DNA of 64,000 nucleotides from Callorhinchus milii. Lineage: Eukaryota. Below, piece after piece: positions 25,268-37,442 of this stretch (the first letter of the stretch is position 1; every line of letters starts with the position of its first letter). The notes below the pieces were generated by a model. The model searched no databases. It was not told the DNA's origin and saw nothing but the letters and a program-made list of their open reading frames with translations. The position numbers and the translations under genes are program-made. Where the stretch lies: NCBI RefSeq assembly GCF_018977255.1, contig NW_024704742.1, positions 126,730,001 through 126,794,000 of the forward strand. Direction: 5' to 3'.

Positions 25268-25572
25268 TTAATAATAATAATAATAATCCTTGCATTTGAT
25301 ATAGCGCTTTTCACGTCAGGAGGACGTCCCAAAGCGCTTCACAGAACACACTGTAAAGTGAATTGACTGTATATTTGTGGGCAAACGCGGCAGCCAATTG
25401 CGCACAGCAATGTCCCACAAACAGTCGTAGATTGAAAATAACCAATTTATTATTGTTTTTGGTTTTTGGAGGGATTATTATTAGGCGTGTGGAGTAAGGA
25501 AACTTGCCCAAGGTTTCGCCCTGTCTGGAATTGAACTCAGGTCTCTCACTTGCAAAGCGTACGTCCAATTGG
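25268..25572 (-). mobile_element. tRNA-SINE with variant 5' end
   Basis: Body nearly identical to other copies, with the A box replaced. Confidence 0.9.
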
Positions 25573-25879
25573 TTGAACCATCGGTCAATGAGAAGGGACA
25601 GGTGCCTAAACTGCGGACAGGAAGGGTGGCAATGCTCTCACTTTCATGCTGAGATGTGTTACCAACCGCAAAGCTCACATGGAGTTCCTTGTACTTAATA
25701 AGGGCTCAAAATCCTTCTTGGGGTGAGGTAAGCAGGGTATTCTTGGAGCTGAACTGGTACCAAGGTGACATGCCTGGCAATGAAATGTCGGAGTTGAGCT
25801 CTCTGTGGCGGGCGGTCTCGGTAGTCTGGTTCCTGAGCCAGACGGGTCCACAGTATTCCAAGGCACGGCTGATGACAGC

Positions 25880-26330
25880 GCTGCCAGCCTGGCTCATCAG
25901 CAGGACCCGGAAGAGCAGACCAGTCACTGGGCCAGGGAGTCATCCCACGCAGCTCCTATTAACCCTGCAAGCCAAAGCTCTAGCGGGTAGGGCGGTCCTC
26001 GCTGGACAAGCAGTGGGAAAGCTTCCTGGACAGCAATATCAATGATATTGCAGGCTATGCAGTTTTAGCTGGTTAGACTCCAATATTACCCCTACGCACA
26101 CTCTGGTGTCCCCAAGCCTTGGCTCTTGCCAACCTGCGCCTAATACTTTCCGGAATTAGGTAAGCAGGATCTGTCCCTCCAGGGAGAGAGTGAGCATTCC
26201 ATTCCAACAATCTATCTCTGGGATTTCCATGTGTCGGGGGGATGCATGGAAATCTCAGCTTGGTTTGGATACTCTTAAGCATGGCGATTGGCTTCTTCAT
26301 GCGTCAGACACCCGGCTGAACCCCCCCAAA
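25880..26330 (+). repeat. Unclassified interspersed repeat (other copies at 13745-14200+, 29470-29840+, 41880-42220+, 59750-60050-, 16740-16850+)
   Basis: Shared blocks cagctcct(g/a)ttaaccctgcaagc, ccccaagcc, tttggatactcttaagcatgg and gacacccagttg + A-run. Confidence 0.8.
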
Positions 26331-27172
26331 AAATAGTCAAAGGCAACCAAGATGGTGGCGATGGAGAAAAGCAGCCTTGGTCTTGGGGAAGGAAGAGTAG
26401 CTGCAGATCAATCCAGATGCTGGGGTGTGCACTAGTTCAGTGAATTTGATAGGAATGGGAGGTTGAGGAGATTGGAGCCAGAGGTATGGAAATGCTCGCA
26501 GGAACCTAGAAGGATGGCTTCTGTCTTCTGCATATTAAGCTGCAGAAAGTTAGTGCTCATTTTATTTGGGTGGAACTGTTGGTTCGGACTCCAGGAGGAA
26601 CTCCTTTCCCTGAATGAAAATTGGTCATCAAAAGCCACACCACCATCATATATTGTACCAAGAAGGCAAAAAAACAAATTGGCCTATTCCACATGAATTC
26701 AGTATATGTAATTTGGCACAGCATCTTTCACGTCAGGTCTCAAAATGCTTCACAGGAAATACCGTAAAGTGTAGTAACTGTGTATTGTTTTGGCAAACAC
26801 ACCAGCCAATTTGCGTAGAGCAATGTCCCACAAACAGCCACAAAGTGAATGAACAATTTTATATGGGGGATGTTTGGCCAAGGACACGGTTGAGTAGCAC
26901 CACCAGATCTTTAAGATCCCCCTGGACAGGCAGATGTCACTTTGGTTTAACTTCTCATGCCAAGGACGGCACCTCATAGACAGTGCAAAGTGCCCGGTAG
27001 GCAGTGGGCAGCACTGCACTGCAGCGCCAGTCTAGACCATGACTTCAACCTTCTGACTCGGGGGGTAACCTGTGCGTTGGCGCTTCACGGTGAGCGGAGT
27101 CGCGGGTCTACAACTCCACACCCTCCAAACCAGCACTTCCCTCCTGGCCTCACCCTTAACCCCACATCTCAC

Positions 27173-27250
27173 CTGTGCCATCGCGGGGCCACGCTGAACG
27201 CAAGCCGGACCTCCTCCCCGCCGGCGAGGCTGGCGCAGACGCGGGGCCCA
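27173..27250 (-). other. ATP8B5: Putative first (5' UTR) exon of the ATP8B5-like gene ending ATG GCA CAG|gtgag (5' boundary unknown)
   Basis: Strong donor CAG|GTGAG at 27173/27172 at the downstream edge of the CpG island. ATG at 27181 is in a strong Kozak context (gcgATGg). Confidence 0.55.
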
Positions 27251-27420
27251 CAACAATCTTGGCGGCGACGCCACAAACATTCAAGCCCACAGGTGTCTAT
27301 CACCAAATCAAACTGATAACAACACCTGTATGTGTGTGTGTTCGGGTGGGGGGCAGCGCTCACTCGGCTTCCCAGTGATTTGAAGTGAACACTTTGACGG
27401 GTTTGAGTCGTGTGTCTCCT

Positions 27421-27810
27421 CCCCCCCTCCCCCCCCCTCCGGCTGTGTGTTGGGGGCTGGTGTGGGCCTCCCCCCCCCCTGGCTGTGTGTTGGGGGCTGG
27501 TGTGGGCCTCCCCCCCCCCTCTTGGCTGTGTGTTGGGGGCTGGTGTGGGCCTCCCCCCCCCTCCTGGCTGTGTGTTGGGGGCTGGTGTGGGCCTCCCCCC
27601 TCCTGGCTGTGTGTTGGGGGCTGGTCTGGGCTCCCCCCCCCCCTCCTGGCTGTGTGTTGGGGGCTGGTCTGGGCCTCCCCCCCCCTCCTGGCTGTGTGTT
27701 GGGGGCTGGTCTGGGCCTCCCCCCCCCCCTGGCTGTGTGTTGGGGGCTGGTCTGGGCCTCCCCCCCCCTGGCTGTGTGTTGGGGGCTGGTGCGGTAGGTG
27801 TGGGCCTGGG
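27421..27810. repeat. ~40-bp VNTR, 9 units (ggctgtgtgttgggggctggt(g/c)tgggcct(c)n)
   Basis: Units start at 27441, 27481, 27524, 27566, 27605, 27648, 27690, 27731 and 27770, with variable poly-C length. Confidence 0.93.
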
Positions 27811-27930
27811 GTCCTCTCTCTCTCTCTCTCGGGCGGGGCGGGGCCGCCGGCACTCTGCCACAAACGGACTCGAGCGCTGAGGACAATGAGACGGCGTTCA
27901 AACCAAAAGGGCGCCAAGCTCGCGCCTGAC

Positions 27931-28335
27931 GCCCCGCCCACTGCCCAGTTCAGCCCCGCCCACTGCCCAGCTCCGGCTCAGCCCCGCCCACTGCCCAGCT
28001 CAGCCCCGCCCACTGCCCAGGCTCCGACTCAGCCCGCCCACTCCGGCCGCCCACTCCGGCTCAGCTCCGCCCATTGCCCAGCTCCGACTCAGCCCCGCCC
28101 ACTCCGTCTCAGCCCCGCCGGCTCAGCCCCGCCCACTCCGGCTCAGCCCCGCCCACTGCCCAGCTCAGCCCCGCCCACTCTGGCTCAGCCCCGCCCGCTC
28201 CGGCTCAGCCCCGCCCACTCCGTCTCAGCCCCGCCCGCTCCGTCTTAGCCCCGCCCACTCCGGCTCAGCCCCGCCCGCTCCGGCTCAGCCCCGCCCACTC
28301 CGGCTCAGCCCCGCCCACTCCGGCTCAGCCCCGCC
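27931..28335 (-). repeat. Tandem ~20-bp minisatellite; each unit carries an Sp1/KLF GC box (minus strand GAGTGGGCGGGGCTGAGCCG), ~18-20 units
   Basis: Repeated cggctcagccccgcccactc and variants read directly from the sequence. Confidence 0.9.
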
Positions 28336-28399
28336 TCAGGTCAGCTTCACCCGGAGAAGCCACCGCTCCGCGTGGAGTTAACTGAGCCCCGGGCCGTTG

Positions 28400-28432
28400 T
28401 CTGATTGGGCGGGTTTGACGCCCCATTGGGCG
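28400..28432 (-). promoter_or_regulatory. Two CCAAT boxes (minus orientation), each abutting a GGGCGG
   Basis: ctgATTGGgcggg and cccATTGGgcggg, ~21 bp apart, just upstream of the GC-box array. Confidence 0.55.
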
Positions 28433-29046
28433 GGTTGTTGTTGTTGTTGTTGTTGTCGTCGTGTCGCGCGTACAACAAAAAAAGGGCTAATTTTTATTCC
28501 AACCCGAAAAAAAAACGTCCCCCCCCCCCCCCCCTCCCTTTGAAAACCTTTTCCTCACACGGGTTTCAAAAACATTGAACTGAATTGGGCGCTCTCGGCT
28601 ATCGATATATTGGGCTACTTGTGGGCTGGTATTCGGTTGCCTTTGGGCTACGAACGGATTGTAATGTCTGGCGCCTGTTGGGCCGTGGGGAGAAGCTCAA
28701 ACCCGGCGTTGTTTCCTTTGGGGGAGGGAATAGTTTTAATTCACTTTATAATAATAACGCTATCGTTTATTACTTTCTTAGGGATTAAGGTTTCATTTGA
28801 TTCTTTAACGCAGGGTATAAAATGGCGGCTTCGTTCCCTTTGAGGCGAGAAAGACGCTGTTCGATGGTAAATTGTTGTTGCCCTTAATTTGGGGAGGGGT
28901 AAGGTGGTGGTGGCGGTGGTGGTGGCGGTGGTGGTGGCGGTGGTGAGGGGAACGGGACGCGAGAGAGCTTCGCAGAGCCAAGTGGAAGCCAGAAAGGTCA
29001 CCGAGAGGCGATGTTGTGGTGACGCGTTGACCTGGAGTTTTGACCT

Positions 29047-29353
29047 CCATTGGACGTACGCTTTGCAAGTGAGAGACCTGAGTTCAATTCCAGGCAGGTC
29101 AGGGCCAAACCTTGGGCAAGTTTCCTTACTCCACACAGAGCCTAATAATAATCCCTCCAAAACCAAAAACAATAATAAATTGGTCATTTTCAATCTACGA
29201 CTGTTTGTGGGACATTGCTGTGCACAATTGGCTGCTACGTTCACCCACAAATATACAGTCAATTCACTTTACAGTGTGTTCTGTGAAGCGCTTTGGGACG
29301 TCCTCCCGACGTGAAAAGCGCTATATCAAATGCAAGGATTATTATTATTATTA
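29047..29353 (+). mobile_element. tRNA-SINE with variant 5' end
   Basis: Same variant 5' end as 25268-25572. Confidence 0.9.
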
Positions 29354-30389
29354 TAACACCTGGACGTGCTTGTGTATTGGAATGGCTCCGCAGAGGGACA
29401 CACGTCCTGCTTCATCCAATTCAAGAGCGTAGGCCCAAAGAATCTTGTAGGACTTGGAATAACAGATCAGTTACGAGGGGAAGGGATTCTTCCCATTCAG
29501 CTCCTATTAATCCTGCAAGCCCAAAGCCCCAAGTAAGGTGGTCCTCGGTGGACAAGAGCGGGAAAGCTTGCCATGAGGTGCATTCAATGGCAAGCTATGC
29601 AGTTTTATCTAGTTAGATTGCAGCAACGCACACTCTGGGGTCCCCAAGCCTGCCTGAGCCTCACCCTCTCGGAATTACTTAAGCGGGATGCATCGCTCCA
29701 AGGAGAGGGTGCGCACTCCATTCCGATACAGTAAATGGGAATTTCCATGTGTTGATGAGATTTATGGAGGCGTTTGGATACTCTGAAGCATGGTGATTGG
29801 ATTCTGCATGTGTCAAGACACCCAGTTGTTCAAAACAAATTCTGCAGGAATAATAATAATTCTAGCACATTAGAAGAATGCTCAAAGTGCTTCACAAGAT
29901 ATAACGTGAAGCTCACTCATTATATTTTGTAGGTGAACACGGCAGCTAATTTGTGCACAGTATTGTGCCACAAATAACCATGAATTGAATGGCCAGTCTT
30001 ATTTGGGAGATTGTTGGCCAGGACACTGGGAGAAACTCCTGGAAGCTGCAATCTTTAGTGTAGAAGAAAGATTCAAAACAGCACAACTGGCTTTTGACTC
30101 CCAGGTTTAAACTCAAAAGAAATAATTCTTGACAGAGGGAGGTAAAATGCTGTATAAGGTTCAAAATAATAGTAATGCAGTCATTCCGTTTAATTGAAGT
30201 ACTCAAGTACTATAAATGCCATTATTTAAATACAAAAGTTGTATTCATTTGATGTTCAATTTACTACACAACAATATTTCTAAAGAAGTTCAATGAATCC
30301 TTTCTCCATGTCAACCCACATACTGAATCATATCAAAGCCCATGTTTGAAACGATTGCCTTTGCACCACACCTGCAATACTTTAGTTTG

Positions 30390-30450
30390 TAACCATGAAA
30401 TTAATGTATAACCGTGAAATTAATGTATAACCATGAAATTAATGTATAAC
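30390..30450 (+). repeat. 19-bp tandem repeat x3 (taaccatgaaattaatgta)
   Basis: Read directly from the sequence. Confidence 0.9.
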
Positions 30451-31117
30451 TTTAAACTCTTCCCTGTTATTGTCTAACTCTTTAATTATACCACAGCCAG
30501 TTTCTACCATCTATTTTCCCTGATAATAGTCATAGCAACCATAGTTAATAAATAGAAGCAATTAAAGAACATGTTTAAGCAGGTAAAAATTGCAGAGGAA
30601 GATGGATGTGCTTGATTAGTTCTATATTGATAGTGTGAGACAGTAATAAATAAAGCAAACAGGATGCTGGCCTTATCTCCCAAATCAATCGAGTTCAGAT
30701 CTGCAGATGTCATAGTCAAGCTATACAATGCTCTGGTTAGGCTGCGACTGGAATCAGTTATTTACTTTTCTAAAGTATTGCAGATGTAGTAACTAATGGC
30801 AGTTCTCATATAAGGGAATTACGAGACCAGAAAGAGGGAGCTTAGAGTAAAGAGACTGGTCTATCATGTTATGTAAAATAAAATGAAAGCTAAGCTAAAT
30901 CTTAGAAAGCATGGAGTCGTCAGTGGTGCATGGAGGGGTATTTGGATTGGAGTCAATGTCGCAGAGAATTAAGAAAGTGAACAGAATGTAAGGATATTTT
31001 CCTGAGGGTGCTATGTACAAGTTGAGTCTATTTCAAAACTATATCTAGCGTTGGTGACCCTACATCAGTTATCATTTTTGGCCATGTGCAAAGTTCAGAA
31101 AGCAAGAGAATTATTTT

Positions 31118-31445
31118 GGAGTCCTGTAGCTCAGTGGTTAGAGCACTCGCTTTGCAAGCGAGAGACCTGAGTTCAATTCCAGGCAGAGGGCGAAACCTTG
31201 GGCAAGTTTCCTTACTCCACACAGAGCCTAATAATAATCCCTCCAAAACCAAAAACAATAATAAATTGGGTCATTTTCAATCGATGACTGTTTGTGGGAC
31301 ATTGCTGTGCGCAATTGGCTGCCCCGTTCGCCCACATATATACAGTCAATTCACTTTACGGTGTGTTCTGTGAAGTGCTTTGGGCCGTCCTCCCGACGTG
31401 AAAAGCGCTATATCAAATGCAAGGATTATTATTATTATTATTATT
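31118..31445 (+). mobile_element. Young tRNA-SINE, full length
   Basis: Consensus head, core and (TTA)n tail. Confidence 0.93.
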
Positions 31446-33719
31446 TTTGTGTTAAAGGGCAGTAGGTATATGGAACAAACTATCAACACGAGTGGTGGAA
31501 AAAATAAATAAATAAGGACCTGAAATATTTTTATAAAATCAAGGTTAATGGATAAAGAGATTAATGATCTTTTTGGAAGTTGGATTAATTGGTTCAATAG
31601 ACCAATGGTATGTTTCTTCATTAAACTGTTACTGTGTTCCTTTGTGCTTAAAGCCATTCATCATTTTCCTCCTTGTGCTGAGTTCAGTATTTTTAATCTT
31701 TTGGTTGGCCAACAAAATAAATATTGTTTAACTGAATATTTCTTGATTTATGCCATAAACTACATACATATACCTCTACCTAGATGTGAATTTGTGCCAA
31801 ATCGAAGGCAGTAGAAACTGAATTAAAATTTCCCTAACTCATTGATTGTAGCACCTTATATCCTACAGAGAGATTAAGGTTCCATACCATTAATCTGAGT
31901 TATATTGATTTGTTGGTGCTCTAGTTTAGTGCCAATATAAAGCAAGATGATTTAATGCTCACTATAGATCTGTTCCGTAGTCATTGTCAATCAAAGGACG
32001 CAAAAATGAAAAAGACTGGTACCCTCAATAAAGCAACTCTAAAGTTACTATGGGAATTACATTGTGATTGGATCAGGATGACCTGACAATCCGTGCTGGG
32101 TTAATAACAAGGGCTGCCTTGTGTCTATTCAACCTTGGGAAAGTGTTGCATTTCCTTAACACTTAATCTCACTAACAATTTACAAATCATAAACGGGAGA
32201 AGAATGCATTCTAGCTAGAAGCAATGATAATCGCATTTTATAGAGCGCCTTATATTGTTAAGATAACTCAACACGTTTCACAGAATATAATGTAAAGTGC
32301 AGTGACTATGTAAATATAGGCAAACATAACTGCCAATTTCTGCACAGCAAAACAGCCATTAAATGAGTAACCAATTTTATTTGGGGGCTTGTTGGCCAGG
32401 AAATCCAGAGAAACTCCTTTCTCTTCGAAAAGGGCCATAGGATCTTTAAAATCCATTTAAATGGGACAGACAGGACCTCAGTTTAACATTTCAGACAAAC
32501 AAGAAAACTTGTTCCTTCAACAATGCCAGCCAGCTCCGAAGATAAACTGTGAGCTTTGACTCCAAAATCTGATGTGAACAGATTAACCGGTTGCTGCAAT
32601 TCTTTAGTAGTTTCAATAAACATGAACATGGAATTAATATTCCTCATTTTGTACCTTCTGGAAATGATTACAGAGTTTTGGATGAGTTGGCTTGGGTTAC
32701 TTTAATATCCTGCTAATGTCATGGTTGATTTTTTTCCTGATCAGCTGTGTCACAAATATTCATATTTAACAATTAAAAATTATAACAGTTACTTCAAATT
32801 TATCAATAAATATTTTGGACTTAATTACCAGGAAATTCTATATGCAGTAAACAGTGTATTACACTAAAAATACAAACTCATTAATTCTCAATCTACAATA
32901 GGAAAAAATATTTCAAGATCAAAATTCTGGAATAAAAATGCTTGAAAATAAGTGTTGAGACTACACAATTGAATATTACAGAGCATTGAGAAAAAATGAA
33001 CAAAAGAGCAGAATTCCTAACATGGCATTTTCAATCACTGTGCAACTGCTCTGATTCACATTCTTCACACACAAAACAAAGTTCAATGATGAGGAAAACA
33101 GGAACTGATAATATAAGAGTACTCGGCATGTCAGAGAGCAAAGTGCAAAGTCCAGATTAGTTTTTATCAATTAACCTGCCTCGGTTCAAGGAAGAGATTG
33201 ATACACTGAAAGTAGAAATGTTAAAGATACAACAAGAAATCAGGGAAGTGGGAGAGGTGTGGGTAATGCCAAGAAGTGGTCTGTGACAATCCAGACTTGG
33301 TGGGCTCAATGGCCGTCCCCTACTCCAAATTCCTATGGAATTGTGAACCTTAGGATGGAGTCACACATCAATCAAATAGATTTAGAGAAAATAACTTAAG
33401 CATTTATGAATTATCTACAGTAAAAAAAATTGTGTGCTTTGCCAAGAGAGTTTATTATAGTTTGTGATTTTTTTATTTTGAAATATGGCACGTAAAATAC
33501 CAACAATTCCAAAATTCATTGTTTCAGAAATAAGTAATGCCCAGCTAACATGTGTAAGAGATTATATGCATAATAGAAATCTTTCCTGTATGAAATCATA
33601 CCAAAATCATGCATGTGAGTTGGACTTAAATTATTTTATACACAAGTAATTTGAAAAATCATTAAAAATGCAAGGCCAGCATATCATGCACTCCTGCCTG
33701 AAGTTCAATAAGAGAGCAA

Positions 33720-34420
33720 TTACACTTGCCTTAACTTGTTCTGTTACGCCTTTCACTTAAAATAAACATCTCAAAATGTTTCAAAAATATGATAGAGAGG
33801 AAGGGAGAATTAAGGATGTTGACCAAAAGTTCAGTCATATTTTAGGCTTGGCTTGAAAGGCAGCAGAGAGGCAGCTAGGCAAAGAGGTTTTTGAAGAGAG
33901 TTCTGGAGGGCAGGGACATCATGGCAAAAGGCTCAACCTCCAATGGTAGGAACAAGCAACAGACCAGAATTGGAGAAGTGGAGGCACAGAAAGAACAGAA
34001 CCTATCTATATCCCCTGCTCTGATTCTGGCTGCATTTTGTAAGGAAGGGCAAGATTGTGAAAGGATCTGAAGGAAAATTAATCCTCTGGAGTACTGGGAG
34101 TCATTAGAGAGGAATGGCGAGGATGGGATTAATGGGTGTGTATCGCATAGTGCAGGAGAGTACAAAGGTTGCACAGATTTGGATGATGTTTGGGAGCTTA
34201 TTGAGGGCAGAGCTGGGAAAGCTGGTAAAAACTTGGAGGACTTCTTTTCAAAGAAGTCTAACCTCAGTGTGACAGACGAAAATGAAGTTGTCAGCAATAA
34301 AGTGGAAAGGATAGTGTTAGGGTGACAGTAAAAGTCGTTTTTAGCAATGGATTTGTCATGGGTTTGAAGCACAGTTGGGAGCTAACGCAGAGCACCAGAT
34401 CCTGCACTGCAAAGTAGTAT
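33720..34420 (-). mobile_element. Old L2 LINE relic downstream of the UNC13B stop
   Basis: Degenerate LQNAARI peptide and L2-like 3' end. Confidence 0.55.
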
Positions 34421-35422
34421 AAACGTGCGCATTCTATCATGATTTTTCAAATTCTTACCACCGATCTTTTCAGCACCAAAGGTTGTAATTCCATATAGCT
34501 GAAAGTTTCTGGAAGTCATTTAAGACACTGAATGATACCAGATTAACAAATTTAGTTGAGCTGTTACACACACTTAGCAGAAATCTAACCAGAAAATAGT
34601 GGACAGTAAACATTTAGTCAACATTTCTTTCTTACCCTTATTTACTTATTGCAGCACAAAACTATTTAAAAAACTAGTGCATATTTTGACAAAGAGACAC
34701 TGCTTTTTTAAATAAAAAAATCCAAACTAAAAACCTCACACTAAAACTACATCAATTTGTTTCACAAAGCAGCAATGCAACTATAGGGAGTTTCAGGCTG
34801 GACGTTGGTATAGCTAGAGGAAAGTAAGCACAAATTTCTCCTGTACAGGAATCTAGCTGTACATAGAAATGTACACTTAGCAAAAACATCTTAGTGTACA
34901 TATATTTCATCTTATAATTGGAATGTATGACTTTATCTACAACAGTGTAAAGACATCCTTTGGCAATCCTATGGGAGAGAGACGAAGAACTGAGGCACTA
35001 GGCACTAGAGTAAGAAATTTGTACCATTTTCCCAGTTGCACATCTCACTCTGAAGGATGGTATCACAGTGCTCAATTACAGTGAAAAAGATATTGTAGGA
35101 CTCAGGTCTCGAGTCCAGATCATAAAATTATTTATTTACATTAATGTAAGCATCCTATTTTAAGCAATAAACTTTTTCCCCATCTAAACATTATTTTAAT
35201 TTTCTATGACTTGTAAATAAATATTCACATAAAGATCTATCCTTTGATTGGTATACAATACATGCTTATTAACAAAGACAAAATAGGGGCCCGTTTACAA
35301 AGTGAATTTGTTGAACACTTGCACATATTGGCACGAGGTATAAATTAGAAAACAAAACTAAATGCAGTGACTAATGTCGCTGAAATAAAGAATGTTCGAA
35401 TAATTTTATATGGTATTGTAAT

Positions 35423-35708
35423 TCAACTGCCCTCTTCAACAGATCGAGACTCAGATTTCAGTTTGACAAACTCTTTGGCGACTTCGTCGTTGGTTCTCTG
35501 TGAAAGAATTCGAAGAACGGTGAGTCCCGTCTCATCCATGTGGATTCTGCGGCCTAGTGGGCACCAGCAAGCACAGCTGCCTTTGTCTGCAATATCTCGT
35601 AGCTGCATTAAAGAAATCCCAATAATACGATCTTCTCTTGCAAAACAGTAATCCTTCACGCAGACCTGAAGTTCATATGTATCTGGCCCATCCTCATTGC
35701 CCAATATA
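35423..35708 (-). CDS. UNC13B: UNC13B terminal coding exon ([26 protein letters not shown]...[11 protein letters not shown])
   Basis: gcag acceptor at 35709-35712 and TGA stop at 35423-35425. The C-terminus ...SESRSxEEGS is the UNC13B type rather than UNC13A or UNC13C. Confidence 0.95.
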
Positions 35709-35864
35709 CTGCAAGGGGAAAAAGAAAACACAATTTCTGTTTATTATAGACCTTTCATTTATAATCACATTGAAACAGAAAAAATAATATAGCACCTTTC
35801 ACGTAAGAAAATGTCTCTGAATGCTTCACAGAGATGGAGTAGGGACCTAAGCAGGATGAAAGAT

Positions 35865-36263
35865 AATAATAATTCTTTCATTTGATATAGCGGCTTATCC
35901 CACGTTGAGATGTCTCAAAGCTCTTCACAGCATATATTGTACAACAAAAACAACTTCCATTTATATAGTACCCTTCACTCAGGATATCATCCTGCAGCAC
36001 TTAAAAGAAAATAAAAATTTGTAAAGTGTAAACACTTGTATTTTGTGGGTTAAACACAGCAGCCAATTGCGCTCAGCAGTGTCCAACAAACAGTCGTGGA
36101 TTGAGCGACCATTTGTTGGGGGGGTGGGGGTGGTTGTGCAGGGATTATTTTTGGCAGAAAGCGATCAGAATAATGAAATTTGCCGAAGGTTTTGCCCCGT
36201 TCAGGAATTGAACCCGGATCTTGCTTGCGAGGCGAGCGCACTCACCACTAATCTACGGACTCC
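35865..36263 (-). mobile_element. tRNA-SINE, older copy
   Basis: Head at ~36185-36263, core at ~36055-36110, tail at ~35865. Confidence 0.75.
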
Positions 36264-37282
36264 ACAGATGGGGAGGGGGGGTATGAGAGGTGACTGAAGT
36301 CAGTCAAGGAGAGAGTCCAGAAAGTGAGGCTAAGTGACTGAAAATGTGCTTGCTAATGGTTGGCAGGAGGGGCTGAGAGATGTATAACAGGCCAGAGTTA
36401 GAAAGGTATGGCAGGACTGCAAATCACATGTTAAACTGAGCCCTGTCTGCCTATTCAGGTGGACATTAAAGATCTCATATCGAAAAGAGAATACAGTTTG
36501 TCTCAGTGTCATGGACCACAATCCCCCCAGCTAAAACTGGTCAGCCACAATGAGACATTGGCCCCAGCATTCACCAACAAAATATATAGTCTCTACAATA
36601 AATCAAGTGACGCACTTTGAGACAAACTCCTGAGGTGAAAGGCACTCTATCAAATTCACAAACTATTATTTTTAGTGTAAAATTGTGGATGGGATTGGCA
36701 AATTTGATATAGCCAAATTATTGACGAGTGAAGTGTACAAATAACAGGACCAAGTTAAAAATGAGAAAGTTAGTGTAAGAAAGGAAATCAATCAGTTTTT
36801 TTTTAAATGGACAACGAGCAAAAGACTTGTGGAAAAGATCATCAAAGAAGGCCATTCAAGCAGACAGCTCAAATGGAGGAAATCAAATGAATTTCTGGAG
36901 AGAGGAGGATTTGACAGATTATGGTGAGAAGATGGGATTGAGAATCAAAGAATTATGGGACCTAACAAGCCTTTTCGTGTTTCTCACAATTCCTACCTTA
37001 GGTTTTTATGAATAGGAAATGTTTCTACCCTCTGAGGTTGTGGTATAGACGAAACAGACAACTCTCTGAGGAGTCAATTAAAAGACATCCCTTCCAAAGT
37101 CTACCATATGTGCTATATTGTTTAAATTATTCAACTGAATAATGATTGCAAGATATACTGGGCAAAAATAAATACTGTACTGTAATATATTGTACTGCTC
37201 ACAGGTGCATTCAATTACCCTGCCCAAGCTTCTGTAATCTGCCTTGCACAATAGTTATAAGAATTGAAAAACAGCTACTCAC

Positions 37283-37442
37283 AAGTGAAAGGTTTCATTG
37301 TACTTTGGAGCCCAGTTGTTGCTTTTTGACTTGGTAGTAAATTTCCTTTTCTTGTCGCTAAGATGTGGTCCAATCATGGTGACCTCCACAAACGGTCGAA
37401 ACATGCCAGTCGTGTGCCATTTCAGGTCATTAGCAGCTACCA
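37283..37442 (-). CDS. UNC13B: UNC13B exon, 160 nt ([21 protein letters not shown]...APKYNETFH), C2C
   Basis: AG/GTGAG bounded, phase 1-2, C2C domain sequence. Confidence 0.96.

Larger units (their letters stand above)
27050..29060. promoter_or_regulatory. CpG island / promoter of the ATP8B5-like gene
   Basis: Abrupt GC- and CpG-rich block in AT-rich DNA, upstream of the first flippase exon. Contains GC boxes and CCAAT boxes. Confidence 0.8.

Noticed and set aside
27421..28335. CRISPR-like array
   Set aside because: No unique spacers, a eukaryotic context, and the structure of simple VNTRs.
27169..28385. Long Pro/Gly/Cys-rich ORFs (up to 287 aa) on both strands
   Set aside because: They are translations of two stop-poor GC minisatellites, with no recognisable domain.
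31118..31192. tRNA-Ala(TGC)-like genes at SINE heads
   Set aside because: Each runs straight into the SINE body and lacks a proper acceptor stem, so they are not tRNA genes.
33451..35136. UNC13B poly(A) signals (minus-strand AATAAA at 35131-35136, 33472-33477 and 33451-33456)
   Set aside because: There are several candidates in AT-rich DNA and I cannot choose one without 3'-end data.
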